Part shown: positions 48,346-59,600 of the stretch, piece by piece | Layout of the letters: each line of letters starts with the position of its first letter | How positions within the stretch are numbered: the stretch's first letter is position 1 | DNA from: Ruditapes philippinarum | Taxonomy: Eukaryota | Assembly (NCBI RefSeq): GCF_026571515.1 | Contig: NW_026856887.1 | Coordinates: 124,001 to 188,000, forward strand | Direction: 5' to 3' | DNA length: 64,000 bases | Notes under the pieces: generated by a model | The model's input: only the letters and a program-made list of their open reading frames with translations | Databases searched by the model: none | What the model was told of the DNA's origin: nothing | Program-made: the position numbers and the translations under genes

Positions 48346-50503
48346 TATTTTATTCTTTTTATTTTAACTTTTTCGGGTGCGTTTTTGAAGGACACTCTGT
48401 TTCGGAAAGTTCCCGGATAATGATTCGCCTCCTTTGAAGAGTATCTTAGTATGTCTAAATTCCGTACTTTACTTTACCGGATTAAACTGCACCTACCCCA
48501 CCCGCTAGATGATGTGTTTAAGAAGGATTATCGAATACGAGATTCTGGATAATCCCTATTACAGGACTGCGATTCTTCAGCACTTTTGTGGTAAATAGAA
48601 AACAGCGTCGCAGAGAAAACGTAGGGTGCTGATACAAGGGCTACACAAAGATTCCATTTAAGTTGTTGTAGCCAACGTTAGTTACTACTCTGTCGAAAAC
48701 AAATATATGGCCAACTCCAGCGTGTTATATGTGGTTAGATAATGTGACAGAAAGCTACGTTTTGTTCGTTTTCAACTCGCCTAAACCTAGCGCAGTTGTT
48801 TTGTACGTCTGAAATTTACAAAAAAGTAAACAGATCATTAGGATAAATTTAAACAACTGTAGATCAATATTTGCGCTTTGTAATATCAATATTGATATGT
48901 AATGAAAGTAGATGTTTGAAATTAAATTCAATATTATGAGGAATTTTAGATTTCAAAACACCTTTATACAAGTAGTTAAACTGTATACAGTTAATTCTGT
49001 AGCATTCTTAACTCTTTTACGTAGCGTTTAACTAACCAGTGACAACCTGCTTTCCGGTCTATTGTCCATGTCATCTGTTATGTTGACAACGATATCGGAC
49101 TACGTTTGTTTTATTTGAACATGTTGTCTTCATTTTTGTTGTTTACCGTTTTCTCAAAATCATTCTCATACAATCGCTGAATCTTTTCAGAGAGCTTGTA
49201 CGCTGGCGTTGGACAGCAAGTTGTTTCTGCAGGTTCATATGTAGCTGCTGTTGGTTGTAATCCTGTCTCTTTAAATGCTGTATGCGATTCAATTGATTCA
49301 ATATCATCCGTTGTTGAACCTCATTTGAGACGATAGCTCTTATAAAAGCAGCCATATAACAACTTATGACCAAGCAAATTGATGAAAATATCTTTATATT
49401 TTCCAGTGATTATATGTTGTGCCGCTGGATACTGACGAAACAATTATCAATATAAGAATGACTAAAATACTCGTATTCATTTTTATATACATTCCGTCGG
49501 AATTAATCAACCTTTGCCTTTTCATTTGTAATAAATAGGTCATAAGGTAACACCAGCGACATTGAATTTGAAATAGTTTTCGAAATAAGACGCTGTTCTA
49601 ATTATACTTAATTTCGCTATACGAATATCAATGAAATATTCGGATCATAATGTATTAATCTGTTTCTCTTATTCGTTTGTTTTGAAAATATTCGTTATAT
49701 TACTATTAAGTGTAATTCCATTCGACCGTTTTAGTTCTAACTTTTTTCATCCCTTCTTATATCGCACAATTTATTTCATCTTTGCTGTGTCGTATCATTT
49801 ATTAAATAAACACACTTATTTCATGAAAATTTACTCAAAATAACCTTTCATTTGGACCGGTGAATATCTCTTTAAATAACATTAACAATTATTGATGGGA
49901 AATTCTTGCAGATTCTATTTGTAAAAAATCTTTGACACAAATATGTTTTGGCGTGCCTGTTCGAGCCTGAAACCATACACAGAATAAACATGTGTACTCC
50001 AAATTAAGCTATTATTTGCGCGGCTAGTAATTCAACAACAAATTGTCAATAATATCAAAGAAATACGAACAGGGAATACAACTGCTTTATAGATTTTTTA
50101 GAGACTGATTTCAATAGAAGTATAATGAAAATTGCTGCTGTCTAGAGTGATGCAAAGAAAATGTGCAACATTTATTAATTAAATTTTCTTTTATAAAGCT
50201 GTGCTCAAAACAAAAATATTTTGGCGAAGTTTGTTTTTAAATACTTATTTCTCATTTAAGCGATAATTCTAGAAAAAACAGTAGTGATTCTTGTCAACGT
50301 GTTAATTCATGTTTACGACCTTCCTTTGCATATACAGTCTTGGAAGACTTTAACACTTATAAAATACAAGTACAGTACATTTAGTTCGGAATACTCAATA
50401 ATCTCGTACATTACAAAACTTTGAAATAAATAGTTAAAACTGCAATGCTTGTACGTTTATATAAATAAACTTTATGATTAAACAATCATTACATTTACAA
50501 AGT

Positions 50504-51734
50504 TTACTTCCGTCCGAGAACAACTTGGTCTGAAACATTTTGCTGAAGTAGGAAACCGGAAAAAGTATTGTAATGGATACCAAAGTAGGATACATCAGCA
50601 TCGTTGTTTTGGATGAAGATGTCGTCCCCTTTTTGAAGCACTAGCACTATTGTTTGACTTGAAGTGTCATATCCCGCTTCCGATCCACTGACGTACATGT
50701 AACTAACAGGGCTTCCATTCTTAACGAATTGAGCGTGACCATTGTTGTGGTAACGAGACATCAATGTGACGGAGAAAACGTATGTTCCGGATACAGGGGC
50801 GATAAAGTTTCCATTTAAGTTGTTGTAGCCATTGCCAACGTTGGTTACTACTCTGTCGAAAACAAAAGTCTGGGCAACTCCTGCGTGGTCCAAGTGGTTA
50901 GATAATGTGGCAAAGAAAGCTACGTTTTGTTCGTTTTCAACACGTCGAATTCTTGCACGGGTACTGTGAACGTCTTGAATTTGAAAGAAAAGTATAAACA
51001 ATGCATTTGTATATAAATATATTCAAATGTGTCACAATAATAATTAGACAACTCGTGAATCCAAAATAAAGTTTGAACGCCTTCTAACATATCTATACAA
51101 CATTATATAAACAAGTATGCTTTTACATTTACATGTCTCTCCGGTATTTAGAGTGTATATTCAATTAACCCGACTTCAATAGAATAACTTTTTTTTACAA
51201 TTATCTTCCGTAACATTTCAATTTCTTAACTGTGTAGTGCTTAATATACCTTTTGAGGTTGCTAAAGGACCATGCGTTGTATTTTCCTTTTCGTCTGCCA
51301 CGTTGATATCCCTATTCGGTTGAATTTGCTTTACTTTGACTCCGCTATCCTTACTTCCTCTCTGCTTGTTTACATATGATCTGATAATTATTTTCATACG
51401 TTCACTGAATTTTTCCAGAGAGCTCGTACGCTGACGTTGGACAGCCAGTTGTCTTTGCAGGTCCATATTCAGCTTGCTGTTGACTGGACTCACCTTGCTC
51501 TAAGTGCTCAATACGATTCAACTGGTTCAAAATCACTTGTTGTTGAGCCTCGTTTTCAGATGCCAATTGCTCCAGACGACCCAACAGTTGTTGGACAACA
51601 TCCTCTGTTGACTCTAGACGACTCAGCAAATAATCTAGTTTATCCTCACTATGTTGAATAGGTTTTGTAGCATTAGATATAGACAGAAATGTTGACAATA
51701 TCCAAACGATTACGATACTCATTTTTACGTCCAT
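50504..51734 (-). CDS. C1qDC gene 8 (A-type), closest to gene 6; one 1-bp insertion in exon 1
   Basis: Exon 1 51250-51734, exon 2 50504-50973 intact gC1q; extra base at ~51474 (AGCTTGCTG vs AGCTGCTG in paralogs). Confidence 0.85.
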
Positions 51735-52019
51735 TCCGTTATAAATGTTTCGCAACCTACCTTATCAGTAAGTTCAAACTTTATCTTTATTAAAATTTCA
51801 ACTTTGAACATGTACAATGTGAACTTTTAACATGTATAAATTTAAGACACAGTGTCGATTTGTTTTGGAAGAAAGCCTTGAACAACTGCAATTTTCTAAT
51901 CAACTGTTTTACAACTAATTTCTTTATTACTTGTAATTACCACATATTGAAATAATATGTAGTATTTTATATTGTAAAAACATTTAAAATTATGATAAAT
52001 TTAAATATTACAATAATTT

Positions 52020-54955
52020 CATACAAGATAGTCCTAATATCGCTCACCTGTATATGAATATTCGCCATAACAAGGAACAAGTATTATTGTAAATTATGAA
52101 TGAAAACAGAAATACAATCTAAATCATAAACTGATATCTTATTTGTATCTGAAATAGTATATGTGTAAAAATGTTATTGCTGAGAAAAAACAACAGTTCC
52201 GTAAGATGTCACTGTTTGCTATACAAAATAAATGGTTTTCTTTGAAGTCACTGCCTGCTATGCAATTCAATCGTAGATTTACTCGTTGCTATGGAAAATT
52301 AATGTTTGCTTGTTTCTATGAAAATTTACAATTTGCTATGAAAAGTCAATGGCTGCTATGACGTTAATGGTTTTTCTAATTTTAATTAAATATATATAAA
52401 GATAATCTATGTTTCCCCTGGGGGGGGGGGGGCAATTTTGACAAGAGGGCTATAATCTACACAATATATGTAGATGTCCACGAGACAATGTTGCATACCA
52501 AATATCTAAGCTAAAGTCTCTATAGTATAATATATTTTTTGCTTCTCCTATAACCATAAAAGGAAAATAAATTACACCGTGGGCGGGGCCAATTTTGACT
52601 CCAGGGATTTTATTTGAAAAAAAATGCTATACAAGCACTAGAAGATGTTTCATGTAAAATATCTAAGCTCTAGCTCTTTGACTTTCTTAGAAGAAGATAT
52701 TTTTTGTTTTTCCTATATACATATAAGAAAATCAATGACCACTTGGGCGGGACCAATTTTGACCCCAGGAATTTTATTGTCCCCCGCCTTTTCGAAGAAA
52801 AAAGGGGGATATAGAAATAGGCTCCGTCCGTCCGTCTGTCCGTCTGTCCGTCCGTCTGTCCGTCCGTCACACTTTCGTGTCCGGTCCATAACTTTGTCAT
52901 TTATGAAAGGAATTTTTGATATAACTTGGCACAAATGTTTTATTATAATAAGACGATGTGTCATGCGCAACAACCAGACCCCTACCTCCAAGGGTCAAGG
53001 TCACACTTGCTCCATTCAGGTCACAATTGCCTATTTGAGGGTATATGTCGTGTCCGGTCCATAACTTTCTTATCTATGAAGGGATTTTGTAAATACTTGC
53101 CATAATTGTTCACAATAATCAGACGATGTGTCATGCGCAAAAACCAGTCACCTACCTTCAAGGTCAAGGTCACACTTGGAGGTCAAATATTAACATAGTC
53201 TGTTACAGGGTATATTTCGTGTCCGGTCCATAACTTTCTTATCTATGAAGGGATTTTGTAAATACTTGCCATAATTGTTCACAATTATCAGACGATGTGT
53301 CATGCGGAAAAAGCAGTCACCTACCTTCAAGGTCAAGGTCACACTTTGAGGTCAAATATTAACATAGTCTGTTACAGGGTATATTTCGTGTCCGGTCCAT
53401 AACTTTCTTATCTATGAAGGGATTTTGTAAATACTTGCCGTAATTGTTCACAATTATCAGACGATGTGTCATGCGGAAAAAGCAGTCACCTACCTTCAAG
53501 GTCAAGGTCACACTTGGAGGTCAAATATTAACATAGTCTGTTACAGGGTATATTTCGTGTCCGGTCCATAACTTTCTTATCTATGAAGGGTTTTTGTAAA
53601 TACTTGCCATAATTGTTCATAATAAACAGACGATGTGTCATGCGCTAAAACCAGTTGCCTACCTTCAACGTCAAGGTCACACTTGGAGGTCAAATATTAA
53701 CATAGTCTGTTACAGGGTATATTTCGTGTCCGGTCCATAACTTTGTCATTTATCAAAGGAATTTGAGATAACTTGGCACAAATGTTTGTTATAATAAGAA
53801 GATGTGTCATGCACAACAACCAGACCCGTACCTTCAGGGTCAAGGTCGTACTTGTTCATTCAAGGTCAACATTGTCTATTTGAGGGTATATGTCGTGTCC
53901 AGTCCATAACTTTCTTATCTATGAAGGACTTTTGTAAATACTTGCCATAATTGTTAACAATAATCAGATGATGTGTCATGCGCAAAAACCGGTCACCTAC
54001 CTCCAAGGTCAAGGTCACACTTGGAGGTCAAATACTTACATAGTCTGTTACAGGGTATATTTTGTGTCAGGTCTATAATTTTTTCATAGATCAAAGGATT
54101 GTGAAAATACTTCGCACAAATAGTCACTATAATAAGAGGATGTGTCATGCGCAACACCTGCATCCCTACCTCCAAGGTAAAGGTCACACTTAGAGGTCAA
54201 AAATTAACATAGTCTGTTATAGGGTATATTTTGTGTTGAATCTAGAACTTCTTCATAGTTCAAGGGATTTTGAAATAACTTGGCACAAATAGTCACAATA
54301 ATAAGACGTTATGTCATGCACAACACCTGCTCCCCTACCTCCAAGGTCAAGTATAATTTTGGACTGAATGTCCTGAGATCCATACCTCAATCTTTTGAAA
54401 TAGCACAATTTTATGCTTCATATAAAACTCCCGGGGCGGGGGACGTTGGTAACTCTGTTACAAATTCTTGTTTAACCAAACTTGGTAGAGCCCCGCTAGA
54501 AAATGTTTCATGCTAAATATCTAAGCTCTAGCTATTTGGATTCTTTAGAAGAAGATTTTTTGTTTATTACTTTATACAAATAAGAAAATATGGCGGGCGA
54601 ATTTTGACCCTTGGGATTTTATTCGAACAAACAAATAAGAGACCCACAAGAATATGTTTCGTCCTAAATATCTGAGCTCGCTCTTTGGGTTTTATAAATT
54701 TAAAGAAGATTTTTAAGTTTTTTCTTTTCGTTGCCATGGCAACTAGAGTTCTGCATGGAATTCGTTTCTTTGAACAATTGTCAAAGGTGACCACCCAAGA
54801 AACATTCCTGTAAAGTTTTGATGAAATTAGCTTAGCGGTTGATGAGAATTCGAAGGTGCCGTTTAAAGTAAAAGTTTACGGACGGACTGACGACAGATGA
54901 ACGGACGCACGCCGGACGAAAAGCAATCACAAAAGCTAGCCATGTTACTTTGTGA
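52020..54955 (+). mobile_element. Helentron-like element, paralog of 38655-39882, interrupted by a nested element
   Basis: TATCGCTCACCTG near the start, same internal units and GACGGAC tract, same position upstream of an A-type gene. Confidence 0.72.
52772..54473 (-). mobile_element. Nested HINE-like element with 169-bp satellite array
   Basis: Hairpin CCCCCGCCTTTTCGAAGAAAAAAGGGGG, (CCGT/CTGT)n microsatellite, ~8-9 units with TGTCCGGTCCATAACTTT every 169 bp, CTTGTT end. Confidence 0.82.
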
Positions 54956-56689
54956 CTGTTTTGTCATGCAAAAACATATACCACCAATGTCTTCAATTTT
55001 CAGTAATTGTCTGCATTTAAATAACTAAATTAATCAATGTCGACTTTACGTTATGTATCAAATATGAAACTATTTTTATAATCAAATCAGAGAGCTCATG
55101 TACAGTTTCATGTTTTACCAAAAGACTATTTTTGATAAGTTTTTAAAGTATTTTCTGTACAAACAGTTAAAGTCTATTTGAAGTACATGTAGAATAAGAT
55201 AAGATATAATATTGCAATCATGGCAAAAGTGATACATCAGTCTATCACTGTCATGGTTAACAGAGGCAGAATTTTCATGACTATAACGCCGCCTTTCTTG
55301 TTACATGATTTGAAGCCGCGCTGCAGGAGTTGTTGACAAAAATGTGAAAATAAAGAGTTAAGTCATATAAAAGGAATATGTTAAAATACAATGAAATATG
55401 AATTTAACAAACTTGTCAACAAATTTTCCTGATATTTGCATATTGCCGTTGACTTTACTCCGTGACTTTTTAAATTTGTAAGATTTTGCATCTTAAAAAA
55501 CAATAATGATACAAAAATGTATTCTTTACAAAAGACTGTCATATGACATAAAATTTGGACTTTTGATGAAAAGAGAATCATTTCATACTATATATTATAT
55601 ATTTCCAGCTCTTTATCGTAATGGAACTTACAAATCAAGTTATATTAAGCTTCATTCTTAATTTTTATGACAGATGAATTCAAAAACTAAGTAATATCAG
55701 TGTTCTTTCAATAAAGGTCAAGTACAATAATTCATTAACATCAATGCATTTCCACTTAAGTCTATTTAATGTATCATACATTAAAATGTTTCTCAATATC
55801 ACGTCTTGTGAAAAAACAGTAATGCTATTTTTCAGTTGTGTGTACTATATCGCAAGTAACGGCCATATAAAATATCTTGTGGATATCTTTGTTTAATTAA
55901 GAAGCCTTCTGCTGCATTTCAGTAAATAAGTTAGAACTTTGTATTTGATTGCTTCATTGTAATGATAGCATAAGTGCCTTTTGTTTGTAAGACAATATCG
56001 AATTTAATGATGGTAGTTTTTTTTTAAAAATGTCATTGAGACCAATATAAGTTACTGTTATAAGTTCCTGATAACAATACATTGCAAATACTTTAAAATT
56101 GTAGATGATGTCTGTAATTGTTTGATATAAGTTTGACATTACGGTTGTAAGAAGTTGAACCAAATCACTATGAAATGCATTATTTGGCAAACAGCAATTG
56201 TAAAATAGAAATGTACTAAATAAATAAATCAGTCTAACATAACTGTTCTCATTAGGAATAAATGTCAGTATTCAATTATTAATGGTGTATAATATTTCAA
56301 CAATTATCAAGTGCATAATGATATCTAATGAATTGTTTTACTTTATTTGTTTCAGACTTTTCAATATCCTTATTCCTAAAGCCGTTAAAACGATTTCATT
56401 GTTGTGTTATTTTAGTATCCCTAAAAATTTATCAATATTAATTTGATGTTCTTGTTTAAGTATCCATTCTGAATTACCACTTCGGCAATAATTTGAAATA
56501 GTTTTAGACTTTATATTTGATCCGATATTTCTCCAAGAAATCAATATCTAATTTTATTGGTAGCAGCCTTTTGTATAGTTTTTATTCTTTTCCCAGATAT
56601 TTTACATATAGACCTTTGACATGATCACGCGTTTTGGATTATAACTATTGTACTTTGTTAAACACACAAATCTCAAGTCGTGCAAATTT

Positions 56690-59600
56690 AAAATGTAAAG
56701 AAACATTTACAAATTACTTACATAACTTTTATTTCAACCACAACATATCTTTTTACATTTATCTATTCTATTAATAATGTAGGCATTTTTTCAGTTAATC
56801 ATGATGATAATATACGTTATTTGTTTTTGGATTTGAACAATGAAATTTATTGATTAAACCGGTTATTACGCTAGAACAGGTATCTTTGTGAACCGACAAG
56901 ATGAAACCAACATGTTATATTGTACTGTGTGAGGCTACACATACCTTTTGTTTGATATATTATTTATACAATTGGCATACTTTATTGCATACTTGTCAGT
57001 GTAATAATTGAATTTTCACATTTCCATCAATGTGTCCGATATTGTATTTATTAACTGTTTAGTGGTCTTGTTCTTGTTGTCATATAGCTGGAGTACACGT
57101 CTATAGCAATGTTAACATTTCCAACTATCATTTCTTAAAATGTTAACAACTGTAAGCTGGTAAAAAATCACCCTTAACATACAGGATTTCTTCTCGAGCG
57201 TAAGCATATGTGCTACATGTTGACTGACTCTTGGTTAGCTGTTTTTAGGCTGAAAATGTCAATGGAAATAGTTAAAGTTTGTGTTGTTGTTTTTTTTTTT
57301 ATAAAATCGTCTTTGTGATATTAAGTTAGAACTTGTAAAATCTTGTAGTAAAATTTGATGAAAATTCTTAATATGATATTTTTGTATCACGAGTATCTAT
57401 GATAAAGGTGAACTATTAAAATTATATGTAGAACCTATATATTTTTCGCTCGCAGTTGTCAAACTTACGTCTCCATCTATCATACATTATCTACTGATGT
57501 AGCATTATTTAGATAGATATTGTAAGCGTATTTGTTTTTTATCTGTGATTGTATTTTTATTGCTAAAAGATAAAGAAATAAGAAATATTCAAAGTGACTT
57601 ATTGATGACGATCACGTGCCATCTATTCACGGTGACATAATTGAAGCCATTTCTAAAAAAAGGAAAATCTGTTTTTCTTTTGACAGGAATATTTTCAAAG
57701 TGGAGTACGAACATTGAAAAGGTAGGCTTGTCGTTGGATATTCTAAGTTTTGAATTTACAATGTAATGATGGAACTTCAAAGGGTTATTCAAAGCCAAAG
57801 GAATTTCGTTAGATAACTAAAATAATATAGCGTTTTATATAGTTTGATTTTCAAGAGAACGGTTTTACAGATTATATTTTTACATACGTTCTTATAACGA
57901 ATATTATTTGTTAATTAACTGTCTAACATATTTTCCTTTTAATATACGTTGTTATAATGTTAAGAACAGTCTTATCACTTGGTTTGTTTCATTGAAATTT
58001 TCTTTCATACATTGTTTTGATGTGCAATGTTTAACTTAAGAACGATTATAGATATTACAAGGTTGTTACAAGATTGTTACAGCATTGTTACAAACAGGGT
58101 CTTTTAAAAATTTGAAAGATCCTGTTACAAAACGTACGAAAATTGCAAATGAATGAAAATGCTGTACATGATTGAAACATATATGAAAGTAATAGAGCAC
58201 AGGCCCTAAAATGGAATGAAATCAGAATTTATAGGGTTACATAAATGTAACAAGGTTATTACTTAGTTGTTACAGCATTGTTACACAAATTGGAAATGAA
58301 ATGAAATTTTAGTATATTTTTTATCCTTCAAGTGTTACGCCACAGGCCTTAAAATGAACAGAAATTGGAATTAATAGCGTAACATAGATGTTGCAAGGTT
58401 GTTACGTTGTTGTTAAATCATTGTTGCAAAAGTTATGAGAAATTAGAGTAAAATGAAAATATAATATATAATTGTTACAGATGTTACAGATGCTACAAGT
58501 GTTACAGGACAAGCGCCTAAATTTCTTAGAAATTGAATTAAATAGGAGTACATAGATGATACCGTTTTTTAAGTAGAAGAAGTCATAAAAATGGTACAGC
58601 TGTCATATGTGTCACATAGATGCTATTCATTATCCCTCATGTACAGACACAATCAAACCGAGTCTGCAATTCTCTTGTATTTTTGTTGTGATTAATGCTT
58701 CCGATGGATCACTTTGTTTCCAGATTTTATACTTCACAACAGCAGCCTGTCAAGTGATGCGTGGCAGCTGTAAAAAAGTTGCCCCGTACTTCACTTCAGT
58801 GTTGTTATATTTTTCTGTTTGATGCCAGCACTATTAAGTGTTGAGAATTGAGTACCGATCAATCCGGTGCTAGGGGGCGTGAGGGATGTTGTATGTATTC
58901 ATTATCCCTCATGTACAGACTCAGTCAAACCGAGTCTGCAATTCTCTTGTAATTTTGTTGTGATTAATACTTCCGAGGGAATACTTTGTTTCCAGATTTT
59001 TATACTTCACAATAGCAGGTGTCAAGTGCTGTGTGGCAGCTGTAAAAAGTTGCCCCGTACTTCACTTCAGTGTTGTTATATTTTTCTGGTCCTTCGGGAT
59101 CATTGATGCCAGCAATATTAAGTGTTGAGAATTGAGTACCGCTCAAGCCGGTGCTAGGGGGCGTGAGGGATGTTGCATGTATTCATTACCCCTCATGTAC
59201 AGACTCATTGAAACCGAGTCTGCAATTCTCTTGTAATTTTGTTATGTTTAATGCTTCCGAGGGATCACATTTTTTCCAGATTTTTTTACGTATATGTTAC
59301 TTATATTCGACTTGGCGTTACATAAGCGTTTCAATATATTAGCCTATTATGTGCATTATCGAACCTTCTCGAGTATGTTTCAATAAACTAAAAACACTAG
59401 TGTCAGATGAGGAAATAAGACTCGAACCAACGAACCCTGTGTTGAGAGGTAGACATTTTCATTACCAGACGACTGCTCTTCTTGTAATATGAATTGTAAA
59501 TGTTGAGAAGAATGTAATGATCAGTACGTTTTATTGATATCTGCGTATTGCTGTCGATTATAAATATCCTGAAAATTGTATAGCTTTAAGTTTAATTAAA

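Larger units (their letters stand above)
43350..48558 (-). mobile_element. Tyrosine-recombinase retrotransposon (Ngaro/DIRS-like), many frameshifts
   Basis: Ordered gag, RT/RNaseH, YR and SGNH hydrolase; boundaries set by loss and resumption of homology to C1qDC exon 2. Confidence 0.9.
43205..49525 (-). pseudogene. C1qDC gene 7 (B-type), exon 2 split by the YR retrotransposon
   Basis: gC1q 3' part 43205-~43350 and 5' part ~48559-48808; exon 1 49037-49525 with deletion and stop. Confidence 0.85.

Noticed and set aside
43336-48585. AGCACTT at 43336-43342 and 48579-48585 as a TSD of the YR element
   Set aside because: C1q exon homology resumes earlier, at ~48559 (TTACAGGACT..ATTCTTCA), so both words are native exon sequence. 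YR elements also do not normally make TSDs.
52645-53064. 139-aa ORF with PSVRPSV repeats
   Set aside because: Translation of the CCGT microsatellite in the HINE-like element
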